NCBI GenBank assembly: GCA_030265395.1
Contig: JARFYF010000052.1
Coordinates: 84,808,900-84,872,899, forward strand
Source of the DNA: Rhina ancylostomus
Taxonomy: Eukaryota
Direction of reading: 5' to 3'
DNA: 64,000 nucleotides
Part shown: piece after piece, positions 11,781 through 25,730 of the stretch
Position numbering within the stretch: position 1 is the first letter of the stretch
How the letters are laid out: every line of letters starts with the position of its first letter
Position numbers and translations under genes: made by a program
Notes under the pieces: model-generated
Told to the model about the DNA's origin: nothing
Databases searched by the model: none
Seen by the model: only the letters and a program-made list of their open reading frames with translations

Positions 11781-14349
11781 TTTTCAGATTCCTACTAAAT
11801 TTCCATTGATCTTCACTGTCCTGAGTGTGGACTAAATTTTGCTACAATGTGTAACGATAGGATTCCGTCCGACCACACATGTTTGCTTCATCTTCATCAG
11901 AAGGCACTAAAATCTAACAACTGAAAGAGCGACAAAATGAAGATTAATTTCTCAAGTCTCAATCATAAATTAGAGTTGCTAACATTATTATTTCCGATAG
12001 TTCCTCAGTCTAACTGTAAAAGTGGGGTATCTTAGCCCAAACCCCAACAAGTGCAGCCTGACAGCACAGCTGCTGAAACGGTACCGAGGGTGTTCATTTT
12101 AAAAAATGTGTTCAGTTCGGCGGGGAAGCCGCTCAAACAACGGAGAGGCCACGGGTGGCAATGGTGCGATGTACGAAAGAATGTGCTAACACCGCAATGT
12201 ATGGAATCAGCAACAGTGACTGTATTGAGCAAGCGACACTAAGAGTGTTAAAGAGTTTTGCATTGTGTTCTTCTTTTGTACACTTTTTATTTATTATGTA
12301 TAACGTTTATTTTTCAAAGACAAAAAATATTCGGTTTGCAGTGAGAGGGTTAATAAGCAATCTTAACTGTTTCAGAAAATCTTCTCTGGTATGAAATGAT
12401 TAATAGGGCAGGGCGCACTCCTCAGATATTGGACAAGTGCCCAGGGCACACTGTTAAGTTGCAACAAAGTCAGAAATGGAAGGACATGCACAGCACACCA
12501 ATTAGCAATTCAAGGAGAAAGGTTGACGTTTTGGGCAAGGTCCTTGCATGGGAGCTGAACTCATGAATTGACGGTCAGAGACGAATCGGCCTGCAACATT
12601 GCCAGTATTATCTGTCTTCATTCAGAGTGCAAGGGTTCCTTTGTTTTATTATCCTTTCCAAAATGTTGCCTCCGCCAACCCAGTACTGAAACTTGCAGGT
12701 GGTTGTAGTGACGGATTCTGCTGCAGGACTACTCCAAATTTATACTAAAATTCAATAAGGGTTTTTTTTCAATCTTTTTATTAGGTTCTNNNNNNNNNNN
12801 NNNNNNNNNNNNNNNNNNNNNNNNNNNNNNNNNNNNNNNNNNNNNNNNNNNNNNNNNNNNNNNNNNNNNNNNNNNNNNNNNNNNNNNNNGTTTTTTTTCA
12901 ATCTTTTTATTAGGTTCTTTTTTAACTGTGGAAACCAACAGTATTTGGGGGGGGGGGGGAAGTTCAATCGATTCCCTCATCAACGGCAACTGGGAGAATT
13001 ACTGATCTTTCAGTGTAAGTCTCCAACTTCAAAGTGGGACGAGTGAAAAATACTCGCATGTTCCCTGCAATGTTATGGAAGCTCAACGCCAACAATGTAA
13101 GGCATCGCTAACACCAAGAGACGGACGTCGTCACGCAAGCTGAAGGTTCTTTCAAAAAAAGTATTGAAATAATCTCTATTCCACAGAAGACTTGGACAGA
13201 ACCCAGCTAATAACTGCATGAATGTTGCCAAATAAGGCCCAACACAGCCTTGGATAGTATTATTCCACCTTACACACTCCCAGTGCCACATATAAACCGT
13301 AAAGTCAACGGAATGGATCAAGAAGTTCAATCATGTTTGCAATGTTGTGTGATGACCTGCAGCTTTGGGCACGCACCGCTGATACCATGATACAAAAATA
13401 CCACGGAGAAGTAAAGCTGTTGGGAACTTAACTCGTAAGGGGATCACATGGCACAACTGATGTTAAACAAACTGGAAAGGAGTTATTTGCAAACACGGGA
13501 GTAGGTGATTTTAGAGAATGTCAGTCAGGTTCTGGGGCATAACAGGAAAGTGATATAGAGGCTCAGCTACAAAATAAGACAAAGGGGAAATAAGGCCTAT
13601 CTATTTTTAAAGTCAGAGAAACGATGATGTGCCGAACTTTGAAACCTGCCACTGTTTAACTGTGCCTCAGGGATCTTGCATGACCGGTCAGGACTGACAC
13701 TGCCCTCTGCTGGATGCGAGCAATGACTCGCGAATGCCGCAGGTAAATGGAACAAAACTCGACCAATTGCAATCTAGGCTGAATCCTCATGATATCATCA
13801 TCAGCCAATCATGTCGTGAGAAGGTGGGTGGGCGGGCGTGCGGCGGTGGCGATGTGTGGTTATGGTGGAAAAGCCCCGCCTGTGTTTTCTTAAAATTGGG
13901 GCACAGCAGTGTTCATTGCTTGTTTGCAATACATTTCAGATTGCAATACATTTCAGAAAGTTTAATTTGGTGACTATGCTGCCCAAATTAGAGTTATAAT
14001 GATTGGGCAATGAGTCTGTTAATCAAGTTAATGACCACACCACTGTGAGTGACTCAGGTGTAATTTATGCAACTGATTTTCGTGTAACCATCCTTCACTC
14101 ATTGCATTTTCTGAGAAATTGCCCTGTTTTTATTTGGAGAAAATGCTGTAGTTTGTATCCTCACTCTTGGTACACTGGCGGCAGAGATTTGTTTGAACTG
14201 TGAAAATTGACCCGGTTTGCTGTACAATAGACAGTTGCTATGACTCATTCACCCTGCCTCACCTCCAACTCACCGACACAGTGTTGGTAATTAATACTCT
14301 GTTTCAATAAACAAACCACATTGAATTTGGGAATAACAACTCCCATGGA

Positions 14350-16190
14350 GAGGTTTAGGACTGGAATACCAGAGGTTAGGATGGTGACAGCTGAAATTAT
14401 AGCAGCCAAAGACAGGGCAATTAAATTAAGAGTTGATCAAAGGCCAGAAATGGAGGAGTGTAGATAACTTGGAGAAATGTAGGACTAGAGAGGTTACACA
14501 GAGAAGGGGAGGTGAGGATGTGGAAGGATATGAAAACAAGTTTGACAACTTTAAAATCATGCCTCCGTTTAATTGTCTATTAGATAACCAAACATGAGCA
14601 TTATAGGTGAATGGAACTTGGTATAAGTCAGCACTTGGGCAACAGAGGTTTGTTTGACTTTAAGCTTATTGAGAGCAGATGAGGGGCACAGGCCAAGAGA
14701 GTGTCAGGATGGTGAAGTCTGATGGCAGCAAAGGCATGGATGGGGGCAGAGCATGGTAACTTGGGAGCTGCACCATTCACAGAAATGCCATCACAGTGAG
14801 AGATACAATTAATTGAGCTCAGTAATGAAAAATCCCAGAGCTTTTGATCCTAGCATAAATGCTGGGATTGACTAGCTGTTAATCTCTGTGCTGATTCACC
14901 AAAGTTAGCACAGTTAACAGTGGTTCTCAATATTAAAAAGAAAGGGGAACATGGTGACTGCCAAAGTGCAGAGTTGCAAAAACGAGATCAATGGTTGTCA
15001 GGTCTCCCAGAGCATCGGCATTCTAATTGACTCCCTTTTAGATGTAACAAAGACATTGATCGGGGTTTCAGCAAAGGGTTTGTTGCTCAGGGGTGGAGTC
15101 AGATGATGTCACTGAATTGGATGGCTCAATACATGCTCCACAGCTCTTCTTTGAGTCAAATATGACAGCAAATGGGGTTTCATGTGGTTGTCAGAGAGAT
15201 AGACAGGATTGGTGGCTGGAGAACAGAGTTTGTAAATAGCGTTGAGACAATGGCTTTAGTCTTCTCCATGTGCTACAGGAAGCAATTCCTGTTCATGCAG
15301 TATAAGATATCAGAAATCCAGTCAGAAGCTTTAGACTCAGTGGGGGAGTTGAGAGCTAGTGGTGGGAGAGATCTGCTTGTCAACAACTAAAAAAGAGCTA
15401 TGTTTTTGGGTGATGTTTCCCCTGGGGGCAGTGTGTAGATAATGATCGGGAAGGTATGGAGCCCTAATAAATGAGGGGTACCTGAGGTAATGGGGTTATC
15501 ATGTAAAGCAAAACCATTGCTTCTGATTCCCTGTCCATGATAGGAGAGAATGGAATCAGGTGAGTGACGTCCCTTTAAGCAGGATGAAGGTGAAGAGGGA
15601 TTGGAGAAAGGCAGTGTGGTTAACAGTGTCAAAGGCTTCAGGAAGATCAAGAAAGCTGAAGAGAGATAGATTACCTTTGCAACAGTCTTGTTGATAGTCA
15701 TTAATGCCTTTGATAAGAGCCTTCTTGTTACTGCGCAAATGGAGGAAGCTCGAGGTCTAGGAAAGGTCGGCATGAATTTGGGAAGCTGTTACATGTTTAA
15801 GCACTTTGGAAAGGCAGGCTGGAATTGCAACAGAAGTTTATGAGGGGGCCTGGATGGTTTTCTTTTGAGAAGCAGATTGAAGAAAAGGAAGATAATGCCT
15901 GGAGGAGAGGGAACAGCCAATACAGGCTAACAGGAGGACTAGGAAGGGAACTAGATAATCAATAGCTNNNNNNNNNNNNNNNNNNNNNNNNNNNNNNNNN
16001 NNNNNNNNNNNNNNNNNNNNNNNNNNNNNNNNNNNNNNNNNNNNNNNNNNNNNNNNNNNNNNNNNNNNNNNNNNNNNNNNNNNNNNNNNNNNNNNNNNNN
16101 NNNNNNNNNNNNNNNNNGCAGGAATAGGGTTGAGGGGCCAAAGGGAGGGCTCATAACAAGATGAGTTTGGAGATGCACAAGGGGAGATTA
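14350..16190 (-). mobile_element. Decayed L2 LINE, RT region and downstream
   Basis: KALIKGINDY...LSLFSFLDLPEAFDTVNH resembles the L2 motif ETALxKVxND...LLDLSAAFDTVDH. A degenerate GVPQGS...IYTLP motif follows. Possibly interrupted at about 14770-15060. Confidence 0.8.
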
Positions 16191-16959
16191 GTTGGTTTCA
16201 CTCAAGTGGAATTGTCTCTTCCAATCAGATCTGGTCAGTGATGTTCAAAACACAAAGCAAATAAGGAAGGAAATACAAACACCAACAGACACAAATTCTC
16301 TGGTGTTAAATAATTTCAAAAATAGAATAATCAAACTCCTGACATCTGAGAAATGAATGATTATGAAATATAAATATAGCATGAGAAAAGTCTGGGAAAC
16401 TAATTTAGTAGGCTGGACAAATCAATAGCTATGATACTTTTCTGTGCAAAATATATTACTTGGGTGGTTTCACGCCATTAGTTGAGTTAAATTTATTCAT
16501 TTGGATGCAAACTTTCAAGGGTGGAATGAATCTTAAATTAATCAAAGGCTTTACGTGTTTTTCCCACTAATGGCCTCCATGGTCCAAAGAACAGGAATAC
16601 TAGGGCTTTGATTTGGTGAAGCACACATGGCTAAAAATGTAATATAAACATATCACAGAGGAAAGGATTGTCCTCATTAGAGCTGGTTCAATTATTCTTT
16701 TCACTACAATGTTTGTTGAACTGGTTTGGAATTAGTGTGTTGTTCTGCATATATTTAATGAGTGAAGGCATGACAATTGCATTATGTTTGTTGAATTAAT
16801 TTAGTAGCTCAGTTTGCTAAACTTATAACATCACAAAATGGATCATTATATGGTAATTCATAACCACAGAAAGATTTGAGCATATTTTGTATATTATCTT
16901 CAGGTAATGGCAGATTTCACAGCTATTAAATAAGAAACTTCAAGCCCTGGGGAAAGGTA

Positions 16960-17310
16960 AAAAGCAAAAGGTGCAGGTGCTGGCAATCTGAAAATAAATA
17001 AAGGGAAATTCTGGAAAAACTCAGAAGGTCAGACAGCATATATGGATAGAGAAAAAAAACTTGACATTTCAGGCCAATTCCTTCTCATCTGAATTAGGAC
17101 GAACTAGAAATTGAACATAGTTTAAGAGAAGAAGGGATGAGGGTGTCTGAGGTGAAGTGGAAATTAAGAGAGACTGAAGTGGTAGAGGTGCCAACTGACC
17201 AAAGGTGGTGAAGCTAATTGAAGCTGATCTGTCTGGAGCAAAAGTAAATAGAGGGAGGTGACTGAGGTAAGAGGAGAGGAGAAAAAAATGCTGCAACCAT
17301 GAAATACAAA
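16960..17310 (-). mobile_element. Penelope-like element terminus
   Basis: Terminal motif gtgcaggtgctggcaatctgaaa...ctcagaaggtcagacagcat plus a hammerhead-like core at 17058-17095. Confidence 0.7.
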
Positions 17311-17319
17311 ACATCATTT

Positions 17320-18250
17320 CTCAACATCAATTTCCTGCACTGTCTCCAGTTCCCTTGATTCCTGTAACATCCAGAAAACTATTGATCTCTGATCTGAATG
17401 AACTTAAAGACTGAGCTGCCATAGCTTTACAGGTTAGAGAATTCCTATGATTCACCAACCTCTGAGTGAAAACATTTCTCTTCATTCAGTCTTGTAATGT
17501 CTGCAATAATAATGATGTAAAATACAGTTACCTTTCAAGCAACATTCAATGGTATGTTATATTTTCACCTTCACACACTGTACTGTAAAGTGAAAGGAAT
17601 ATTTTAGAAATAGATTTCATTTTGTAAATAGTTTTGCTATTGGATCAAAAATATCTCATCCATGCACATTCAAATGACATCAATGTAGCTCTAGTTTCTT
17701 TGTAGTTTCCATATTAGTTATCCTAAATACCCTGAAAACTTAAATTAAATCTACCTTAATCTTCTAAATTCTAGAGAATACAACCATAGTTTCTGTAATC
17801 TCTCCTCATAATTTAATATATGGAAGCCGAATATCCTTCTGGTAAATTTAAGCTGTATTTGTGTTCTGTGCCATTGTATTCTTCCAAAGCATGGTGCCCA
17901 GAACTGGTCACAGTGTTCCAGGTATATTCTAACCAAGGCTTTGCATAGCTGTAGGATAACTTCTGTTGTTCTCCAGTCCCTAACATATATAGGCCAGCAT
18001 CCCCTTTGCATTGTTGATTATTTCATGAATTTTCCTATGACGTTTTAACAAACTTTTAACGTGAATGTCCAGGACAGTTTGGAACTCCACTTCTAGCTGT
18101 ACACTATTTAATTCCGCATTTCCCATGGTTTTCCCAATTTACTTTATATTAATTTCTCTTTGCAATTTAATGCTTCTCACAATACAGTTTATAATGCAAC
18201 CCATCTTTGTATCATTCACAAACTTAGATGATGAAACTGAAGGCAATGTC
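17320..18250 (-). mobile_element. CR1 fragments
   Basis: EVILQLCKALVRIYLEHCDQFWAP...YEERLQKLWLYSLEFRRLR. Confidence 0.8.
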
Positions 18251-18959
18251 TTTATCTCACTTGTGAATAGATACAGACCCTTGTGCGATATTTTTCATCG
18301 AAGACCTGCTCATTGCCCTCAACCTTTCTCTTCTGCTCAGTTCATGTCCTGGTCTCAGAGTGGCTGCATAGTGCAGTGCAAGGCCTCTCCCTGAGCAAGT
18401 GGCTGGCTTCTGTTACAGAATGGTTTTGGCATCTGGTGATGTGCTGCCCTTATGCTCAATGGCTATCAAAACCATCACCGAAATTGAATGCTTGCAAGCA
18501 TCTTTGATGTGCTGGGAGCTGGTCTCTGAGTGTGGTCCAAAGGCACACACACTACTAGCAATCATATGGTCTGTAATATTCAAAAACACCTGGGAACCAT
18601 TAAAACATAAGAAGAATATTTTAAAAAAAATACTTGTATGCCTTTAAGAACAATTAAACACATTTAACTAACGGAATTAAAACAAATGAAAGGATCTCCT
18701 GTTCTCCGGGTAACTGTTTCTCCTCATTAATCTCAGTGGGGATGTTACTCTTGCATTAGGTTTAACCTGTGTCAGGTTCAGCAGGCAGATTTCTCAGTCT
18801 GAGACTTGGGAAAACTGCATATGTTTGTTCTGCCTGATGGACTCCATGGAGAGATAGGTGACAGGACAGGGCAGCTTCCATCAAGACCAGTGTTAGAATT
18901 CAGGGCTTCCAAAAAGTCTGCCCCAATTCATCAATTCATGAAGTTCTCACCTCCAGATA

Positions 18960-19888
18960 CTCCACCATTCACAATGTACAAATCACGAGTGTAGTGGAAA
19001 ATTCTCCACTTGCCTGGATGTGCATTTCCGACAACACACAAGACCATCAGGACAAAGTGGTCCATTTGATTGCACCCTATCTACTCCACTAAACTTTCAT
19101 GTCCTCTGCCACCGTTTGCATATGTCTGCAGGATGTACCATCAACAGAATGCACTGCACTTACTCACCTTGGCCACTGCTGCCACTTCAAAACCCCACAA
19201 CATCCAATGAGAAGGAAAAAGCCAGGAAATGTGTGGGAACATGCCACTCAATGTTAGATATTATCCCCATCATGAAATATATTACTGATCCTAAATGATT
19301 ACTGGATCTACATCCTGAAACTCCTCGCCCAAAGCCTGTAAGGGAGGACCATAGAGTCATAGAGCAATACAGCACAGATACAGGCCCTTCAGTCCAACCA
19401 GTCAATGCTGATCATATTGTCCAGCTAGCCAGTCCCAATGTCGTGCATTCGGCCCATGTCCCTCCAGGTCCCACCCCTCCATGTACCTATCCAGGTGCTT
19501 CTTAAATGATACTATTGTACCTGCCTCAACCGCTTGCTCTGGCAGCTCGTTCCATATACTCATCACCCACTGTGTGAGAAAGTTGCCCCTCAGGTCCCTT
19601 TTAAATCTTTCCCCTCTCATCCTGAACCTACACCCCCTAGTTTTGGACTCTCCTACCGTGGAGTAAAGACTGTTACCATCCATCTTATCTATGCCTCTCA
19701 TAATTTTAAACATTTCTGTATGGTCGCCTCTCATTCTCTTATGTTCCAAGGAATAAAGACATAGCCTTGCCAACCAAGGACTGCAATAGTTCAAGAAACC
19801 CTCACCTTATTATATAAGGGCATTTAGTGATGGGCAATAATGCTGGCTCTGCTAGTGACGCCCACATCCTGAAAAGTGAATAAAAATA
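18960..19888 (+). mobile_element. LINE 3' part (same family as 1-256 and 1570-1865), split by a CR1 insertion
   Basis: Homologous to positions 60-250 and 1760-1860. Tail gatgggcaataatgctggctctgctagtgacgcccacatcc...gaataaaa. Confidence 0.7.
19351..19775 (-). mobile_element. CR1 3' end, relatively young
   Basis: LYSLEHKRMRGDHTEMFKIMRGIDK...RGNFLTQWVMSIWNELP, with a (ctctatga)n tail at 19351-19365. Confidence 0.9.
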
Positions 19889-21579
19889 CTGTACACAGAG
19901 TGCTACAGGTCAGAGTAAATAGGAATGCAGATTCTTTTTAATACTTCAGTTCCATGGTCTAACTCATTGAAAACTGCTGGTAATATTAGAACATAAATAT
20001 TGCTGTGGCTATTGTTATTTTACAACAGCTCTGTGCAGTCATGCCAAATTCCTCTTTTGACAATTTTAGTTAAGGCATTCGTCTCTCTAGAATAAAATGA
20101 TTGATACCTCCAGTAAAATAATGAGAAGGAAACTTAATCAAGGGCTTGTGCAAGGGGAAGCAAACAGGTGCACAGGTCCCACAATAATCAATTGAAACGT
20201 TTTACAACAAGAGATTATAGATGCATGCATATTGGGCCCACAACATTAAGGACACAGAGGTTTGTCCTTCCAAAACCTATCAAATTTATATTCTTGCACT
20301 TATCACTGTATATAAGTAGATGAATCACCTTTATAGTAAATATCAGAAAACTTCAATTTTTATAATGTTTAATACACATTCTAGATATATTTATGTTGAT
20401 AAAGCAATGCTTATCATTCTTTACTCAATGTTTTGCATGGGTAATTATATTATAGCCAATAGAATTTGCTATAGTCTGAGCCAATTGGGATCAAACGTTG
20501 TTCACTTTATTTTCAATTTTGCTTTTTTTTTGTCTTAGTTTACCAGCTTCTGTTACTTTCATATTCTCCCTTTGTTTTATCAAGAATCCACAATCAGCAC
20601 AGCAGGAAAATTAAATCACAGGAAAAAACCCAACTAAACAAACAAAAACATCATAAAAGATTGGCAGTGAAACAAAATATGAGATCTTCCACATGTAATA
20701 AAATGGACAACGTTAACCTGCTTACACAACAGAGGTAGTAACATCTATCAATGTTTTTTATTGCTTCAAGAAAAGAAAAATTGATATAGGCTCAATGGAG
20801 CTAAGAAGCTGGGTCAGGGGAAGTAGAGAACTGTTCCAGTAATGAATATCACTAAAAGTCTGCACACCCTTAATTTGTTTATATAAACATAACAAGCATT
20901 TTAAAGTTAAACACTGCACAGTTCAAATTTCCAAGCAGGTTACTATTTCCTAACTATTCCTAAAGGGAATAAAACAAAATGTTCTATGTCATCCATTGGG
21001 ATTATAAATAATCTTCAGCCAATGCAGCACAGAGTGCAGAAGAATATTTAGCCAGCCTAGTTCAGCCTGAGAGTGCAGATACTTACACAGCCATATCAAA
21101 GTTATTAAGAACTAATTCAAGCATCAAAAACAACAATCAGAGCTGCACAGTCACGCACGTCTCCTGCAAATTATGATGGCCTTTCTTTGAAAGTATTTTC
21201 CCCCATTTCCCAAAGCAAGAAAAAAAAGAACAAAGCACTAGTTTTTGTAATATTTTAGCTTTATTTTTGAACATTATTTAAGGATATTCAATGCAATGGA
21301 ATAATTATAAATCATATGTATGTTTAGTTTCATTCTTCACCTCATGAAGGCATTGTGAAAGGGTATTAGAGCTAGAGAGTTGTACAGCATGGAAGTCAGC
21401 ACTCCTGCCAAACTCCTCCTTGCTGACCATTCTTTAAAGGACTTTAATAGCAGCAAAACCACCTGGTGGACCAGAATTTAATTGAACAATGTCTTTAGCA
21501 ACAACGATTGTTGTGGGAAAATGCTCTAATCCGTGTTTTTTAATTTTCCTGTTGAAAGGTCTGGCTGTGACTTCAGACA

Positions 21580-23250
21580 ATGTCAACATCCTCTTTTCCC
21601 TATCAAGCAGAATTAATTGCTCTCCATCTTTCCCTTTAACATTTTGAAAACTTTGTTCAGATTGCCATCTAACCTTCTAATTTTCAGGGAAAATAACTCC
21701 GTTTGTGTAATCTTGCATCATAATTGAGCCCTTTGGAGTTCAGATAACATTCTGGTAAGTCTAAATTATGCTCCCTCCACAGACAAGACATCCCTTTTGA
21801 GGTGTGATGCCCAGAATTGCTCAAAGCATTCCTAGTGTGGTCTCAAGGCTTTGAGTATTTGCAGCATATTTCCAGCCAATGTTACTTCTGATCTCTTGGA
21901 ATAAAGGACAACATTTCATTAATTTTCCTGATTTTTGATTTATGCCTGTACGCTTTAATGATCCAACTACCTAAATCTCTCTCAACCCCTCTGCATTCAG
22001 TTTCTTCCCATTGAGAATGTACTCTAATCTGTTCTTTTAGATCCAAAGTCGATGTCCTCACTTTTGCCAATGTTGAAATCAATTTGCAGCTGCAGTCTGA
22101 AACATTTATTCAATTTGTTAATATCTCTTTGTTGCCACCTATCTCAGTGTCATCAGGGAACTTGGTTACTTGGCTTTACATCCCAGCATCTACGTTTGTT
22201 GATAAATATGTGAATAGGATGGCCTCTAACACATCACTGTAGTTTGCCACAAGTTGCACCTGTCATTTTGGCAATGGTCTGGCATGCCCTTTATCCCTAA
22301 CCCCTACCTATTGTTAGGCCAGTTTCACAGTTAGCTGAATAATTTTCCCTCAGCACCTTTAGTTTTATTCTTAGTTAACAACCTCCCATGTAGAAGTTAT
22401 CAAATGCCTTTCAGAAGGCCATATAAATAGCACCCATAGGCATTGACATGTTCGCTGTTTTAATTGCCTCTTCCGGTTCCTCAATTTTTATATGTGACTC
22501 TCTGATCAACTATTAATTATAGACTCTGGTAATTTTCCAACAGCAGATGTTAGTCTAACTGATGTATAGTTCCCCTTCCATTCTTAAATAGTGGAGCCAT
22601 ATGTGTAATTTTCGAACTTAAAGGTATAGTTTATGAATCAAAAGAATTTTGGTTGATTATTGTTGGGCCATCTGCAATGTTCTCATCTACTTCCTTTGAT
22701 ACCCTGAGACAGAAATCTGTCTCTCTTCAAAGCCATTATTTTCTTCATTGCTGCTAATTTGCTAACACTTATTGAGTCATTCAGCATTGATAAAAAGGCC
22801 TTCTCACTTGATTCTTAACTGCATACCCATCAACTTCCCCCAGGTACTATCATCCACCTACGTACAAGCAGCAATTCAAAGTGGCCAATTAACCTACCAA
22901 CCAGTATGTCTTTGAGCTGTTGCAGGAAACCGGAATACCTGGAGGAAACCCTAATGGTGACGGGGAAAATATGTAAACTTCACACAAAAAGCAGTAAAGG
23001 TCAGGATTGAACCCTGGTTGTTGGAGCTGTGAAGCAGCAGTTCTATTAATTGCACCACTTTGCCCGTAATTATGCAGTGACTTTGGCCTTGATTCAAATT
23101 TAGTTTCCTTGGGGAGTCTGGATTTTATCCTTTTGTTCTATTGTGGAAACTAATGCAAATAAGTATCTAGTGTGTCATGCATAATATTATCACTGTTGTT
23201 TTTTGAAAGGGATGCTTTCCTTCAAGCATCCTCATTTTCCTAATGTAACT
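21580..23250 (-). mobile_element. Old CR1 ORF2 remnant
   Basis: Degenerate RT motifs, e.g. atcaaatgcctttcagaaggcc = DFxKAFD on the minus strand, plus C-terminal FWxP/ERL motifs. Confidence 0.7.
22820..23065 (-). mobile_element. HE1-like V-SINE inserted in CR1
   Basis: V-domain ggaaaccggaatacctggaggaaacc and B-box (GGTTCAATCC on the minus strand). Confidence 0.8.
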
Positions 23251-25139
23251 ATAAACATTTTTGTGGTATCTTTGTTATTCCTTCCATGTTTCTTTTTATA
23301 CTCCCTTTTTGTAGAGCAACTGGTAGTCTTGATATTCCACTTAAAGGAGTCCAGCTGGGAAGTGAAGCCTTCCTGAAGTGCCCAGCTCTTTGACCAGAAA
23401 AGCTGCTGACTGAGATCCAGTGCCCACTGAGATCCAGTGGGTCCATTGAAATCAATGGCAGGAAAAGGCTGTCCACAGAATGTCATGGAAAAGTTAATTT
23501 CCTTTTTATAAGATTTCATTGAGTTAGTTTAATTGTTTTCAATGGTGTGCAAATGTTTCTAGATGTTTTGATTTTTAGTTGTCTTAATGTTTTAATATCT
23601 TTGTAGAGTATTTTTGGATGTTTGTGACAGTCAAGGACATTCACAAACTTTCATTTTAAATGATAGCTCTGGAAGCCAGTGTGGCAGGAAGCTGCCAAAG
23701 CCTTTTTAGAGGCTGAACCTGATAGTTATATTTAGAGACACCCTACATTATGGTAGCCTCAGTCAGCTGGGACTATTCTGGGAGAAAGAGATGCACTACA
23801 GGCAGGTGACCAAAGAGCTTGCTCTCCATTGGAAAATCCCTTCCACTGTTTCCTGACACACTTCCTTTCTTGTTATCTTCACCACAAACTGTCTTTTTTC
23901 ATTTTTCTATGTTTTGGTATCTTATGATGTTCATTACTACCTTTTTCACAATTGTATCACCTGCTCCCTAAGTCTGTATCCTACTAAATTCTTTTTCACT
24001 ATCTCCCACTCATTGTCTTCTCATGGCATTTTCCACACTAACAGAGTTTCCATGTATTCTAAACACAGTCCCTGTTTCAATTCATTGAAGTCATCCACAC
24101 TAAGATGTATACTCTTTCTTGTTCTCATTGACTACTGGGGTGGGGGTGGGAAAGAATTCTGTAATGCCCTGATCCATGACTGCCACATTTAGCACAGTCC
24201 CATTCATCTGAATGGATCACCAACCTTAATTAAAAAGGTAATGCGCTATCTAGAGGGCTGGCCACCTGCTCCACTTAGGGGATAGTTGCAGAGCTGAAGC
24301 TTCATGGTGATTAGGAGCAAGGGCAGAATGGTGAGAGGGGTTGCAGATTGGGTCGATACAATCTGGTCTGTTATGATTATTATTAGATAAATGTTCCAAC
24401 AAAATTTGGCTGCTAATGAAATCTAACTTATTCCTTGTTATTAAATCTAAAATGGGCCTTTGATATATTGATGAGGCAAACTATCGTGAACACACTCAAG
24501 AAATCCACTACCTTTTAAGAGCTATTCTGCTTATCCCAATCTAAGTTGACCATAATTTCTCATTAAATTCATTCTGCATTTATTATATGCTGGTCTAATT
24601 TCTTCATTAATACATTCTGTTACCTCACAGCTGCTAATATGGTACCTGGATACAGCTACCTTGTTGTAAGTCCATTTGTAATTCTGCATTCTATCCATTG
24701 AGCTGGATTGTGCTGAGTCTGACCATAGCCATCCCATGCACTACCCTCACAGTCACACCAACTTCTTGCAACTGGGCAGCTCCTGTGGGTCATGAGGTTT
24801 GACTAGACCTCAGGCAGTAGGAAGTAGGTTCCCACCCATAGAACATAAATAAACTTTGAGATAAAGAAAAATAAATTAAAAAAAATCCAACCNNNNNNNN
24901 NNNNNNNNNNNNNNNNNNNNNNNNNNNNNNNNNNNNNNNNNNNNNNNNNNNNNNNNNNNNNNNNNNNNNNNNNNNNNNNNNNNNNNNNNNNNNNNNNNNN
25001 NNNNNNNNNNNNNNNNNNNNNNNNNNNNNNNNNNNNNNNNNNNNNNNNNNNNNNNNNNNNNNNNNNNNNNATCTGTTCCAATCTCATTTTTATTAGCTCT
25101 CATCATCGAAGGTATTCCATCCTTTATCATCAGTAATGG

Positions 25140-25730
25140 ATTGCAAGAGGACACAGATAAGCTAGCAGAATGGGCCAGTTAAATTTAATAGAGGAGCATG
25201 AGTGATACGTTTTGGCCAAAAGAATTAGGAGAGGCAAAAGAGATTAAATGGCACTGTAGTAAAGGATGTACAGGAACCAATGGACCTGTGTGCATGTATG
25301 CATGTATCCTTGAGGGTTAAGGACATGTTAAGTAAGTGGTTTGTAGAGCTCAGGGTTTGCTGGCTTCATAAGTAGAAGTTTGGAGTAGACATTATGCCGA
25401 TCCTTTATCAAACACTGTTTATGTCATAACTGAAGTAACATATACAGTCCTGGTCACTACACATTCAGAAGAATGTGAAGGTCCTAGACGTTGTGCAGGA
25501 GCAATTGATTAGAATGATTCCAGAGATGAGGAATTTCCACTGTATGGTTAGATTGGAGAAGGTGAAGTTTTTCTCCCTTGAGCAAAAGAGGCTGAGAGAT
25601 TTAATAGAGTGTACAAGCTCATGACAAGTTAAAATGATGAAAATAGAAAAAAGTTGTTTCATTCTTCTAAGACTAGAGGACATCGATTTGAAATGAAGAG
25701 CAAAAGATGCAGAGGAGATGTGAGAGTGAT
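25140..25730 (+). mobile_element. CR1 ORF2 3' fragment
   Basis: LQEDTDKLAEWA..., RLEKVKFFSLEQKRLRD motifs. Confidence 0.75.

Noticed and set aside
12761-12918. 29-bp direct repeat gttttttttcaatctttttattaggttct on both sides of a 100-N gap
   Set aside because: Typical unmerged contig overlap, not a biological repeat or CRISPR-like array.
23409-23439. Short tandem duplications (also about 43451-43484 and 38207-38294)
   Set aside because: Two-copy slippage products with no array structure.
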